Of a stretch of 64,000 nt of DNA, positions 20,815-31,422 are shown one piece after another. The stretch's first letter is position 1. Each line of letters begins with the position of its first letter. The stretch spans positions 2,336,001 to 2,400,000 of the forward strand of contig CAVZJV010000014.1 of assembly GCA_963775685.1 (NCBI GenBank). Reading direction: 5' to 3'. The DNA comes from Candidatus Bathyarchaeota archaeon (GTDB lineage Archaea; Thermoproteota; Bathyarchaeia; Bathyarchaeales; Bathycorpusculaceae). The notes beneath the pieces were generated by a model that searched no databases, was not told the origin of the DNA, and was given only the letters and a program-made list of their open reading frames with translations. The translations under genes were made by a program, and so were the position numbers.

Positions 20815-21680
20815 GTCGATGTCCTCTTACAAAATTGCTTGTAAGAAAGTTCTAGGGCTTCCCAGTATCTTTCAGGGCTGCCGATGTCAAGATGTGAATA
20901 ACCTTTATCTAACTTAACAGCATAAACTTTTAGTCCCCAATCAATGAGTTTTTGGATGGCGTCTGTTAGCTGTATTTCTCCATTTCTTCCAGGTTTGGTT
21001 GCCTCCAGTGCTTTGAAGATGATTGGGTGGAAAACGTACATGGCCATGATTGCCAGGTTTGTAGTTGGTTTTTCTGGTTTTTCCACGACTCTTGTGACTT
21101 TAATTATTCCACTTTCAGTTTCTTCTCCTTCAACGATTCCATATTGTTTTGGGTTCTCAATTTCCAAAACTAGAAATGCAGCGTCTGCGTTGAACTGTTC
21201 AAAGACAGTGAGCAGTTTTTTTAGGTAATCCATGTCTTTGGATATGATGGCGCTATCTCCAGCATGTACCAAACAGCTTTCGTTTTGAACAAAGGGTTGA
21301 GCCATCAAAACGGCGTTGCCGAAGCCTTTTGGTTCTGGTTGATTAACCCACATAATCATAGAAGTATCTAGTTTGTTGTAAAATTGTTCTAGATCGGATG
21401 CTTGCCCGTTTTTACCCATGCCCTCAAGCGTTCTAATGCAGTTTGCGTCTGGCATGAAATGGTCTTCTATTCCACGTTTTCCTCTGCCAACAACATAACA
21501 GAACTCTCGGAGTCCCGCATCGTATACTTGTTCAAAAACTAGTTGTACTACTGGTTTTACCATCATGTCTCCATGTGTTGATATTGAGAAGATGGGGAGC
21601 ATTTCTTTTGGTTGCTCTTTGGTTGCTGGGAACAGGCGTGTTCCTAATCCAGCTGCGGGAATTATGACTTTGTGGATCAC
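20811..21680 (-). CDS. galU: UTP--glucose-1-phosphate uridylyltransferase
   Basis: PAAGLGTRLFPATKEQPKEMLP, VEKP and GEIQLTDAI motifs. Confidence 0.88.
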   Translation of the reverse strand: MIHKVIIPAAGLGTRLFPATKEQPKEMLPIFSISTHGDMMVKPVVQLVFEQVYDAGLREFCYVVGRGKRGIEDHFMPDANCIRTLEGMGKNGQASDLEQFYNKLDTSMIMWVNQPEPKGFGNAVLMAQPFVQNESCLVHAGDSAIISKDMDYLKKLLTVFEQFNADAAFLVLEIENPKQYGIVEGEETESGIIKVTRVVEKPEKPTTNLAIMAMYVFHPIIFKALEATKPGRNGEIQLTDAIQKLIDWGLKVYAVKLDKGYSHLDIGSPERYWEALELSYKQFCKRTST

Positions 21681-21772
21681 TATTGTCCTCTCTGTTGTCT
21701 TTCTGTTTTATATTAACCCATATATATTTATGATTATTTAGTCCAAATTATAGTTTGGTTTGGGTTTGACCT

Positions 21773-23119
21773 TTGAAGAAACAATCTAAGATATCTGTTA
21801 TCGGCTCAGGTTATGTTGGTTTATGTACTGCTGTGGCTTTAGCAAGCAAGGGCTACAGCGTTTTGGCTTGCGATGTTGATGAGACAAAGATAGAGAAAAT
21901 AAACAAGGGCATTCCTCCTTTTCATGAGCCTGGTTTGCAAGAAAAACTAAAAGAAAGCATTGCGAAAGGCTATCTGAGGGGCGTGGTTGGTCAAATTGAC
22001 CGCGTTATTTTGAAGACGGATTTAACGTTTGTTGCAGTTGGGACACCTAGTAGGCCAGACGGCAGCATCGACCTTCAATACATAGAATCCGCTGCAAAGA
22101 GCATTGGAAAAGCGCTAAAACAAAAAAATACCTACCACATTACCATAATAAAAAGTACCGTCGTGCCAGGGACAACCCAAAGCATTGTTAAACCCGCACT
22201 TGAGGGAAAATCAAGGAAGAAGTGCGGCGTCGACTTTGGGTTATGCATGAATCCTGAGTTTCTCCGGCAAGGTTCCGCCTTTCAGGATACAGTTGACGCT
22301 GACCGAGTAGTCATTGGTTCATTTGATAAGCAATCAGGCGACGCTCTGGAAGACCTCTACCGAGGCTTCTACAGCGGGAATGTTCCCCCAATTATCAGAA
22401 CTACCCTTTCCACGGCGGAACTAATCAAGTACGCCAGCAACTCGATGCTTGCAACAAAAATAAGCTTCATAAACACAATCGCTAACATTTGTGAAAAAAT
22501 CCCAGGCGCCGACATCAAAGTCGTTGCAACCGCTATGGGGTTGGATAAGCGTATTGGTTCACTTTTCTTGGATGCAGGTTTAGGGTACGGCGGCTCATGT
22601 TTCCCCAAAGACGTAAAAGCCTTGATTGCTTGCTCTAAAGCTTTCGGTTACTCTCCTGAGCTCCTGGAATCTACTGAGAGCGTTAATAAGATGCAACCTC
22701 TCAAAGCAGTGGAGTTCTGCAAGCAACAAATCGGCAGTCTAGAAGGCAAAAAGATTGCGATTTTGGGTTTGGCGTTTAAGCCAGATACCGATGATATGCG
22801 GGAGGCAAGGGTGATTCCCATTGTTAATGCGTTGCTAAAGGAAGGTGCCTTTGTGGTTGCTTATGACCCGGTAGCCATGCCAATGGCCAAAACCATATTC
22901 AAAAATAAAATAGAATACGCCTGCTCAGCCACAGATTGCCTCAAAAAAGCAGACTGCAGCATACTTGCAACAGAATGGCCTGAATTCAAGAAACTAACAC
23001 CGGAAGACTTCATCAAAAACATGAAGCAACCTGTGCTTATCGACGGCAGAAGAATCTATGACCCACAAATGTTTGAAAAGAAGATGAAATTTGTTGCGCT
23101 TGGGCTAGGGCAGACCTAA
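21773..23119 (+). CDS. ugd: UDP-glucose 6-dehydrogenase
   Basis: GSGYVG, NPEFLR, catalytic GYGGSCFPKD and GLAFKPDTDDMRE motifs. Confidence 0.93.
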   Translation: MKKQSKISVIGSGYVGLCTAVALASKGYSVLACDVDETKIEKINKGIPPFHEPGLQEKLKESIAKGYLRGVVGQIDRVILKTDLTFVAVGTPSRPDGSIDLQYIESAAKSIGKALKQKNTYHITIIKSTVVPGTTQSIVKPALEGKSRKKCGVDFGLCMNPEFLRQGSAFQDTVDADRVVIGSFDKQSGDALEDLYRGFYSGNVPPIIRTTLSTAELIKYASNSMLATKISFINTIANICEKIPGADIKVVATAMGLDKRIGSLFLDAGLGYGGSCFPKDVKALIACSKAFGYSPELLESTESVNKMQPLKAVEFCKQQIGSLEGKKIAILGLAFKPDTDDMREARVIPIVNALLKEGAFVVAYDPVAMPMAKTIFKNKIEYACSATDCLKKADCSILATEWPEFKKLTPEDFIKNMKQPVLIDGRRIYDPQMFEKKMKFVALGLGQT

Positions 23120-23297
23120 ACCGACTTATCCATCACATTTCATTTTTTCTCTGTTAACTTGCAGAAAACAATGTGCCAAACTTGATTCACTTTTACTCCC
23201 CCCTCTACTGCAATAGGATGTCGTTTGCAATATTGGATTAAAAGGGCTATCATGAACTATCTTACCTCTAAAAAGTAATCGTAAATGAGGAATTGTA

Positions 23298-23459
23298 ATG
23301 ACTAAAGGCAAGCATTGGACAAATCAACAAGAAAACGAACTGAAAATTCTGGAGGAAGCAAATTCAACTGTTGAGGAAATAGCGGCAAAACTCCAAAAAT
23401 CACCAGGAGCCATATTTTATCAAATGTCAACGTCCTTACCGAGGAGAAATCTGAACTGA
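23298..23459 (+). pseudogene. Truncated Myb/SANT-like HTH protein
   Basis: MTKGKHWTNQQENELK..VEEIAAKLQKSPGAI; removing one T at ~23417 continues IFIKCQR; not in the ORF track. Confidence 0.5.
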
Positions 23460-23921
23460 GCTAACTGTAGAGCGGTTTGACCTGCGAAAGGACTTCGACA
23501 CCTGATTCTCTCATCCAGTGGCACACACGACGACGTCTTTTGAAACATAGCATTGGTGGAATATGCAACGGCAAATATGGCGCCAGAACCCTTCTTAGTT
23601 GTTGTGCCTAGAGAATAGATCAACAACTTGTGCACCTAAGAGTACTCTTAACATTCTCCCACACCCACAACCAGTCAAACTCAACATAAGCCTATGTATA
23701 CTTCTGAATGCGAACCTCGTAGTTCACTTCCCAACAGCAGGTAAAATAAAAGCAAAAAACAAAATGCAGACATAATTACACTCAAGAATTAGTGGTAGGG
23801 AAAAAACCACAACTACGCAAAGAAGGCTGAACAAAAAACCTTGTTGAAACCAAAAGTGATAAACGGAACATCACAAACAACAATTAACCCATAAAGACAA
23901 AGAAATGCTAGGAAGAGAGAT

Positions 23922-25527
23922 ATGTCTAAGGCTACAGAGATGGCAAGGGTTTCAGCTAAAGGCGGCTTTCACCTACTTTGGGGTCTAGTGCTGTCTACTG
24001 TCATCTCGGCTGTAGGAACAATAATTATTGCCAGGCTTTTAGGCGCAGACAACATGGGGTTGTACGCGATTGCTCTTGCCGCCCCAAACTTAATCGCTAC
24101 GTTCAGGGATTGGGGAGTAACCACCGCCATGATAAAGTATTCCGCTGAATACAACAGCGCAAATAACGTGGCAAAAGTAAAAAGCGTTTTTGTGTCTGGA
24201 TTAGTCTTCGAAATAATAGTGGGTCTTGCCCTCTCAGTATTGTCTTTGGTGCTCTCCCAGTTTCTAGCTGATTTCTATGGACGCCCAGCTATTGTTCAAT
24301 TAATCCAAATTGCTTCTTTGTACATCTTGACAAGTGCATTAGTCGGTACAGCGACCGCTTCATTCACAGGTATGGAAAAGATGCATCTTAACAGTTTCAT
24401 GTTAATTATTCAATCAATAGTTAAGACTGCCCTGATTATTGCGCTGGTAGGTTTGGGTTTAGGCACTATAGGCGCGGTTGTCGGTTTTTCAATGGGTGTC
24501 TTGGTTGCCGGTATCGTTGGAGTATTGTCTATGTTTACGATGTATCGGTCTTTTCCAAAGTCAACACATAGCAAATTAGAATTGATTAAGACAATTAAAA
24601 CCATGCTTAGATACGGGTTGCCGCTCTCAATTGGCGCTATATTTATTGGGTTTCTTACTCAATTCTACAGTTTCATTATGGCAATATTTGTTACTGACAA
24701 TTCGTTGATTGGAAATTATTCTGTTGCGGTAAACTTTGTTGTTCTAATAACATTTTTTGCTACTCCAGTTACAACTATGCTGTTTCCTGCCTTCTCAAAA
24801 TTGGACGCCAAAAAAGACAAGGCAACTCTGAGGCAGGTTTATCAATATTCAGTTAAGTATGCAGCGCTTATTGTGATGCCTGTTACTGTGATGGTTATGG
24901 CTCTGGCGCAACCTGCTATCGGTACCATTTTCGAAGACAAGTACGTTCAAGCGCCTCTCTATCTTGCTTTGCTGTCAGTGATCTATCTTTTTTCTGCTAT
25001 GGGAAGCCTAAGCACTGGTAACTTGATAAACGGTCAAGGCTACACAAAATATAACCTGAAACTAAACCTCTTTACAGTGGCAATAGGCTTTCCCTTGAGT
25101 TTTATTTTAGTTTCTCAGTTCGGCATCATCGGCTTGATTGTTACAACCACAATAGTTGGTATTCCGTCCTTTATCTTGAGCTTGCGCTTTGTCAAGAAAA
25201 AATTTGATCTCTCTTTGGACTGGGGTTCCTCTGCAAAGATTACGCTTTCTTCAGCTGCTGCAGGAATAATAACTTTTTTTGCGGTCTCTGTGTTACCGTT
25301 TAGTAGTCCAATACTGCCTAGTCTTAGGCGCAGGTGTTTTTGTGATAGTCTTTGTATTCCTAGTTGTAGTTACTCGAACTCTAAACAAGGTCGACTTAGA
25401 AAACATAAGGGGTATCACAAACGCAATGGGACCATTACGTAAACCTCTTAGTTTATTGATTCGTGTTATCGAGAAGCTGATGAATATTTTAGGTCGTCCT
25501 GAAAAGAAGTCTTTAGCAACTGTATAG
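23922..25527 (+). CDS. MOP-family oligosaccharide flippase (Wzx/RfbX-like), frameshifted near 25318
   Basis: Many TM helices with IIIARLLG and GNYSVA motifs; the last TM and amphipathic tail are in another frame (ORF 25279-25527). Confidence 0.88.
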
Positions 25528-25572
25528 TTGAATGGGCAATAGTTTTCTTATTGAATAAAATAAAAGGAAGGG

Positions 25573-25779
25573 TTACTGTGGAATTTCAATCAAGTAAGGT
25601 TTTTGAAGTTCAGCGTTTTTTGATAGATGGTTTAGTTTTCTGTATTTGCCACAGTAACTTCTGCCAGTGTGTGTGCATGTGTAGCTTGAGTTTGAGTAAA
25701 GATTGCATGAACGAGTGAATTTGCATTTTGCTTTCCGGTTAATCAGAGCAGAAAAAAGCATTTCTCTTGATTTTCTCAT
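25573..25779 (-). CDS. Small Cys-rich protein
   Basis: Cx5Cx9Cx7C pattern, ATG start. Confidence 0.55.
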   Translation of the reverse strand: MRKSREMLFSALINRKAKCKFTRSCNLYSNSSYTCTHTGRSYCGKYRKLNHLSKNAELQKPYLIEIPQ

Positions 25780-25939
25780 GTTACTCTCATCTTGCTTTAT
25801 GAATTAGCGGTTGCTGTTGGTTTATTGTTCCATTTGTTAATAGGACTATGTGGTTGTACTCATGCAACTACATTTTGGTTAATGTAATTACTTAATAAGG
25901 CAAGAGTTAGTCATACTACACTGTTTATGAGGAATTAAC

Positions 25940-26998
25940 GTGAAAGCCCTTGTTCTTAGTGGTGGAAAAGGAACCAGACTTAGACCACTAACATTCACCT
26001 GCGCCAAACAACTCATTCCAGTAGCTAACAAACCCATCTTAGGTTACGTTCTTGACCAGGTGGCGGCAACCAACATAAAAAAGGTTGGGATAATCACCGC
26101 TCACGAGACGGGGCAATTTGTTGAGGATTATGTTACTGATGGTTCAAGCTGGAACCTTGACATATGTTACATTCCTCAAGAACCGCTAGGCTTGGCGCAC
26201 GCTGTCAAGACAGCTCAACGATTTCTGGGTAAGGATTCTTTTGTCATGTGTCTTGGCGACAACGTGACAGGTCAAGGCTTGCAAACATTTGTCAAAAAAT
26301 TCAAAAATGAACATTTGGATGCACTAATTATTCTTAAAGCTGTTGACAACCCTTCAGCCTTTGGCATAGCCCAGCTAGATGAAAAAGGTAACATAGTAAA
26401 ACTCGTTGAGAAACCAAAAACGCCAATGGGCAATCTTGCGATTATTGGCACGTACTTGTTCTCCAATAAAGTTCATGAGGCAATCGAGCGTATCACGCCG
26501 TCTTGGCGTGGCGAACTCGAAATTACTGACGCTATCCAAGAAATGATTAACATGGGCTTTTCAGTTAAGGCTGAAATCTTAAATTCTTGGTGGCTTGACA
26601 CCGGCAAAAAAGACGACATTCTTTCAGCCAACGCCAAAATACTCGACGAGTATATAGAGCTAGATCTAAAAGGAACAATAAATAACAGCACAATTGATGG
26701 TCGAGTGAAAGTTGAACCCGACGCAAAAATAATAAACAGCACAATTAGAGGACCTTGCATCATAGGAAAAAACACTTACGTTGAAAACTCGTTTATCGGA
26801 CCTTACTCTAGCATCGGTGACAATTCTAGAATTCTTTGTTCAAACATTGAGTATTGTGTAATACAGGATAGTGTAACCGTTAAAGACATCGAACGCTTAG
26901 AAGACAGTTTAATCGGCAAAAATGCTAAGGTAACCCGTAACCAAAGGAACCGAACCATAAAGTTGCACGTGGGCGACTACTCAGAAGTAGAGGTTTAG
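25940..26998 (+). CDS. rmlA: Glucose-1-phosphate thymidylyltransferase (long form)
   Basis: GGKGTRLRPLT..KQLIPVANKP, RGELEITDA, C-terminal beta-helix. Confidence 0.93.
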   Translation: MKALVLSGGKGTRLRPLTFTCAKQLIPVANKPILGYVLDQVAATNIKKVGIITAHETGQFVEDYVTDGSSWNLDICYIPQEPLGLAHAVKTAQRFLGKDSFVMCLGDNVTGQGLQTFVKKFKNEHLDALIILKAVDNPSAFGIAQLDEKGNIVKLVEKPKTPMGNLAIIGTYLFSNKVHEAIERITPSWRGELEITDAIQEMINMGFSVKAEILNSWWLDTGKKDDILSANAKILDEYIELDLKGTINNSTIDGRVKVEPDAKIINSTIRGPCIIGKNTYVENSFIGPYSSIGDNSRILCSNIEYCVIQDSVTVKDIERLEDSLIGKNAKVTRNQRNRTIKLHVGDYSEVEV

Positions 26999-27063
26999 CG
27001 CTGCAAATAGCAACCATTATTAAGTTTTTTAAACGATATGTCTAGGTAAGCAAGGAATCACTT

Positions 27064-27567
27064 ATGTTACAAGGGATAAAAATTAGGGCAATACGTCGAA
27101 TTACAGATGAAAGAGGATTCTTCACAGAGGTAATGCGTAAGGATTGGAAGGAACTTTTCGGAGAAGATACTGTCGCCCAAGCAAACCTCTCGTTCACGTA
27201 CCCTAATATTATTCGAGCTTGGCATAGACATGTTAGGGATCAAACAGATTACTTTTTGGCACTAAAAGGTATGATTAAAATTTGCGCATTTGACGATAAA
27301 ACAGCCGAAGTTAACGAGATTATTTCAAGTGGTTTAGACTTGCAGATTGTTCGTATTCCTGGACATTATTGGCATGGCTTTAAAGCAGTCGGCTGTGAAC
27401 CTGCTATGTTGCTGTATTTTACCACTAACCTGTATGACCCTGCAGACCCAGATGAGGAACGGCGGGATTGGAATGATCCAACAGTTATTCCAAAAATCGT
27501 TAATGGCAAAAAGAATGCTTCACGTGTTAGTCTCCCTTGGGATTGGAATTATCTACCTCATAAGTGA
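27064..27567 (+). CDS. rmlC: dTDP-4-dehydrorhamnose 3,5-epimerase
   Basis: DERGFFTE, RAWHRH and WHGF motifs. Confidence 0.92.
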   Translation: MLQGIKIRAIRRITDERGFFTEVMRKDWKELFGEDTVAQANLSFTYPNIIRAWHRHVRDQTDYFLALKGMIKICAFDDKTAEVNEIISSGLDLQIVRIPGHYWHGFKAVGCEPAMLLYFTTNLYDPADPDEERRDWNDPTVIPKIVNGKKNASRVSLPWDWNYLPHK

Positions 27568-27573
27568 TGAACT

Positions 27574-28581
27574 ATGAAACTGTTAGTGACTGGCGGTTTA
27601 GGATTTATCGGAAGCAACTTTTGTAGGCTTATGCTTGCGAAACATCCTGACTTAGAATTGATAAATGTTGACAAAATGGGCATAGGAGCCAACCCTGCGA
27701 GCCTCCATGACATTGAAAACGATAAGCGTTACACCTTCATAAAAGGCGACATTTGTAACCCCTTGCTAATGAACCGTTTGATTCATCAGGTCGACGCCGT
27801 CGTTAACATAGCGGCAGAAACACATGTTGACAGAAGCATCGCTGACCCCAACGTGTTTTTGCAGAATAATACTGTTGGCACATTTACCATTTTGGAAGCC
27901 ATAAGGAGGCATAACCATAAGGCGAGACTTTTGCAGGTTTCAACTGACGAGGTTTATGGTGAAGCCCTAGAAGGCTCCTTCACAGAAAACACTCCGCCGA
28001 AACCATCTAACCCCTACTCAGCCTCAAAAGCAGCGGCAGATATGTTCGTGCTTTCGTACCATAAGACATTCGGCTTAAACGTGTCAATCACACGGTGTAC
28101 TAACAACTTTGGTCCCTACCAGCTTCCTGAAAAATTAATTCCTAAAACAGTGATTCGCGCACTTCGCGACCTTCCTATACCGATTTATGGGAAAGGAACC
28201 AATATCCGCGACTGGATTTACGTGCAAGACCACTGTGAAGCCTTAAACAAAGTTCTTGAAAAAGGCAAGCCAGGCGAAATATATAACGTTTCAGCAGGAA
28301 ACGAGGTTACTAACTTTGAGATAGTCAAAAAAATTATAGCTTTACTCCATAAACCCGAGAGTCTAATCACCTTCGTCGAAGACCGACCCGGACATGACGC
28401 CCGCTATAGTTTAGATTCAACTAAGCTCTGCAAAGAGTTGGGTTGGAAGCCAAAATGCGGTTTCGAGAAGGCCATAGAATCAACTGTTCAATGGTATCTT
28501 GAAAACGAACACTGGTGGACTCCGTTTGCCACCGAAGTCATTTTGCATCCGACGCCTTGGAAGATCGGAGGGTTTCATTGA
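27574..28581 (+). CDS. rmlB: dTDP-glucose 4,6-dehydratase
   Basis: AAETHVDRSI, STDEVYG, YSASK and DRPGHD motifs. Confidence 0.95.
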   Translation: MKLLVTGGLGFIGSNFCRLMLAKHPDLELINVDKMGIGANPASLHDIENDKRYTFIKGDICNPLLMNRLIHQVDAVVNIAAETHVDRSIADPNVFLQNNTVGTFTILEAIRRHNHKARLLQVSTDEVYGEALEGSFTENTPPKPSNPYSASKAAADMFVLSYHKTFGLNVSITRCTNNFGPYQLPEKLIPKTVIRALRDLPIPIYGKGTNIRDWIYVQDHCEALNKVLEKGKPGEIYNVSAGNEVTNFEIVKKIIALLHKPESLITFVEDRPGHDARYSLDSTKLCKELGWKPKCGFEKAIESTVQWYLENEHWWTPFATEVILHPTPWKIGGFH

Positions 28582-29477
28582 AGCTTCTGATTACGGGTGC
28601 AAGCGGGCTTTACGGTTCAAAACTTGCTCAGTTGGCGCTTGAAGAAGGCATCGAGGTTTACTCCTCGGACATTCAGAGCCTCTCTGTTTACGGCAATTTC
28701 GTTAAACTGGACATATCTGGAAAAGAACAGGTTGAAGAAGCGTTCAAAACTATAACGCCAGAGGTTGTGGTTCATGCTGCAACTTTGACAGATGTCGATA
28801 AATGCGAAACTAACAAGGAGCTTGCTTGGAAAGTCAATGTTGAAGGCACAAAAAATATCGTGGAATCAGCCAAAAGTGTAGGGTCATTTTTTATTTACAT
28901 TTCTACGGATTACGTTTTCAGCGGCGAAAAGGGTTGTTACAAAGAGACCGATAGACCTGATCCAATTAACTACTACGGCTTAACCAAGCTTAAGGCTGAA
29001 GAAATCGTCCAAACGCAACCTGAATACCTCATTGCAAGACCCAGCGTAATTTACGGTTCAACGCCTGCAGCTGGAAAAGTCAACTTCGCCCTCTGGCTAA
29101 TTGAAGCTCTCAGAAAAGACGAACGCGTCAAAATTGTTACTGACCAGTGGAATACTCCCACACTTAACACTAACTTAGCTGAAATGACTCTAGAACTTAT
29201 CGAACGCAGATTAACTGGGATTTATCACTTATGTGGTGCCACGCGTGTTAGCCGACTAGAGCTTGCTGAGCGAATCGCTGACACATTCAACTTAAACAAG
29301 GGATTGATTGACAGGGTTACATCTGCACAGTTCACTTTGCCAGCTAAGCGTCCCATAGATTCATCGCTCGATACATCCAAGGCGCAGAAAACTTTGAAAT
29401 GTAAACCAATGGTCATGGATAAGGCGATGATGCAACTAAAGTTTGAGGTTACCAAAAAGTTACCGTATTTGGCGTAA
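28578..29477 (+). CDS. rmlD: dTDP-4-dehydrorhamnose reductase
   Basis: TGASGLYG, TDVDKCE, ISTDYVF and YGLTK motifs; TTG start overlaps the rmlB stop. Confidence 0.93.
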   Translation: MKLLITGASGLYGSKLAQLALEEGIEVYSSDIQSLSVYGNFVKLDISGKEQVEEAFKTITPEVVVHAATLTDVDKCETNKELAWKVNVEGTKNIVESAKSVGSFFIYISTDYVFSGEKGCYKETDRPDPINYYGLTKLKAEEIVQTQPEYLIARPSVIYGSTPAAGKVNFALWLIEALRKDERVKIVTDQWNTPTLNTNLAEMTLELIERRLTGIYHLCGATRVSRLELAERIADTFNLNKGLIDRVTSAQFTLPAKRPIDSSLDTSKAQKTLKCKPMVMDKAMMQLKFEVTKKLPYLA

Positions 29478-29509
29478 GCGTTATTTAATGGGCCGTGCCT
29501 TGAGGTTGT

Positions 29510-29836
29510 TTGGTAGAGTCGATGAACCATCAGTCCAATGTTAAACAAATTGCGAGACAACGCATAGTGATTTTGTTTGAGCAAGCCAAGAAGGTGTGTA
29601 AAGGGGAGCCTAAACGAGCGACGCAGTATATTTCTTCGGCTCGGCGGATTGCAATGGCAGCTCGGATTCGTCTACCTGTTGAGTTTCGACGGCAAACCTG
29701 TAAAAACTGCAATAGCTTATTTGTGCATGGCATCAACTGCCGTGTTAGGATAAAGCAAAAAAGGGAGCCTCATGTTGTAATAACATGTTTAAACTGTAGC
29801 AACCAAACTCGCTTAATGTTAAAGAAAAGGAGATAA
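29510..29836 (+). CDS. rnp4: Ribonuclease P protein component 4 (Rpp21)
   Basis: IARQRIVILF, CKNC..CLNC zinc ribbon, canonical position upstream of yhbY. Confidence 0.93.
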   Translation: MVESMNHQSNVKQIARQRIVILFEQAKKVCKGEPKRATQYISSARRIAMAARIRLPVEFRRQTCKNCNSLFVHGINCRVRIKQKREPHVVITCLNCSNQTRLMLKKRR

Positions 29837-29842
29837 ACGAAT

Positions 29843-30157
29843 TTGAGCAAAATAACAACCAGAATGAAGCGCCACGTTAGGCATGTTCTTAAAGATGAGA
29901 ACCCAACGATTTGGGTGGGTAAAGAGGGATTAACACCTCAATTGGTAAGTGAAATGGAAAAGCAGTTGCAAAGAAACAAGATGGTGAAGGTTAGGATTCT
30001 GCCTGCTGCAATGCAGGGTGAAGTTACAGCTCAGGTGATTGCCGCTAATGCGGCCAAACAAACCAACGCTGCTTTGGTCGAGGTACGCGGTCACGTCTTT
30101 CTTCTATTCCGAAAACGTAAAGCCGTCGAGGCAGACCAAACAGAGCCTCAAAAATAG
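29843..30157 (+). CDS. yhbY: YhbY/CRM RNA-binding protein
   Basis: VGKEGL, MVKVR and VRGH motifs. Confidence 0.92.
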   Translation: MSKITTRMKRHVRHVLKDENPTIWVGKEGLTPQLVSEMEKQLQRNKMVKVRILPAAMQGEVTAQVIAANAAKQTNAALVEVRGHVFLLFRKRKAVEADQTEPQK

Positions 30158-30384
30158 TTTTTCTAAATCTAACTTAGTTTTTAAAAACTTATTCGATAAG
30201 AGCTAAGATTTGGATCAAATTCTTTTCAGCGTTATTGTGGTTTTTAAGAAAACCAATAAATGAACTTGATACAACTAAAGTCTTACATTTCATAAAATAA
30301 ACGGGAAACTTTGAAGAAATTATCTAACTGTTTTTGAGGTTATAAGTAAGGGGTGTCGTCTTTTATGAGTGCAATAAGTTCAGA

Positions 30385-30400
30385 GAATATTTATATTAGG
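30385..30400 (+). promoter_or_regulatory. Putative TATA box upstream of rps19e
   Basis: GAATATTTATATTAG about 50 bp upstream of the TTG start. Confidence 0.45.
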
Positions 30401-30444
30401 CTTCATTCTTTAACTGCAAGGAAAAACCAAAGGATAGAGACTCT

Positions 30445-30909
30445 TTGACGACTCCTCATGACGTTCCAGCTTCAAAATTCATCGAAAGATTAGCAAAGTA
30501 TCTCAGGGAAAACGTTGACGAAGTTCAACCACTTCCATGGGCAACCTTCGCCAAAACAGGTCCCCACGTAGAGAAGCGACCACAGAACCCCAATTGGTGG
30601 TACACTCGAAGCGCTTCCATTTTGCGAAAGGTATACATTCATGGTCCAATCGGGCTAGAGAAGTTGCGTGCCGACTACGGCGGAAGAAAAAATAGGGGCA
30701 GCAAACCTAACCGCGTAGTGAAGGCAGGCGGAAGCGACATTCGTAGAGTTCTCCAACAACTTGACACTGCGGGCTTGATCCAGATTTCAAGACCAAAAGG
30801 AAGAATTATGACTCCTAAAGGGCGCAAGCTTCTCCAAGAAGTCGCTGGAGACCTTTCAAAAGAAATAGTTAAAGCTATCCCTGAGCTCAAGAAGTATCAA
30901 GGCGAATAG
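30445..30909 (+). CDS. rps19e: 30S ribosomal protein S19e (eS19)
   Basis: KTG..E.RP..WWYTRSASILRKVY, YGG and LQQL motifs. Confidence 0.97.
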   Translation: MTTPHDVPASKFIERLAKYLRENVDEVQPLPWATFAKTGPHVEKRPQNPNWWYTRSASILRKVYIHGPIGLEKLRADYGGRKNRGSKPNRVVKAGGSDIRRVLQQLDTAGLIQISRPKGRIMTPKGRKLLQEVAGDLSKEIVKAIPELKKYQGE

Positions 30910-31247
30910 TGACAATGTCAGATGACGAGCTTGACCAGATCCGTAAACGAAAACTTTTGTCGATGCAGAACCGTCGCACGAGTGATGACCAAAGGCAAGC
31001 TCAAGCAGAACAACAAATAGAACAGCAAAAACAGGCGTTGCTCGCCAAAATCTTGGCCCCTGAAGCTCGGCAAAGGCTAAACAACCTGAAAATGGTTAGA
31101 CAAGAGTTTGCTGAAAGTATCGAGATGCAGCTGATTGAGATGGCGCAAACTGGGAAGTTGCCAATTCCACTCTCAGATGCACAGCTCAAGCAAATCCTAG
31201 TTCAGCTTCAATCACGGAAGCGAGAGACAAAAATCAGAAGGATATAA
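30909..31247 (+). CDS. PDCD5-family DNA-binding protein
   Basis: ELDQIRKRKL, PEARQRLNNLKMVR; canonical position after rps19e. Confidence 0.93.
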   Translation: MTMSDDELDQIRKRKLLSMQNRRTSDDQRQAQAEQQIEQQKQALLAKILAPEARQRLNNLKMVRQEFAESIEMQLIEMAQTGKLPIPLSDAQLKQILVQLQSRKRETKIRRI

Positions 31248-31249
31248 AG

Positions 31250-31408
31250 ATGGCAAGAGTTAAACCAACAGGAAAGAAACTCCGATTAGCCAAAGCTGGC
31301 AAAGAATCACAATCTGTTCCAACATGGGTAATTGCCAGAACAGACGGTAAAGTTAGGAATAACCCTAAGCAGAGACGCAACTGGAGAACAAGGAAGATAA
31401 AAGCATAG
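31250..31408 (+). CDS. rpl39e: 50S ribosomal protein L39e (eL39)
   Basis: Manual translation MARVKPTGKKLRLAKAGKESQSVPTWVIARTDGKVRNNPKQRRNWRTRKIKA (52 aa, below the ORF-track cutoff). Confidence 0.96.
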   Translation: MARVKPTGKKLRLAKAGKESQSVPTWVIARTDGKVRNNPKQRRNWRTRKIKA

Positions 31409-31422
31409 GAGAATAAACCGCG

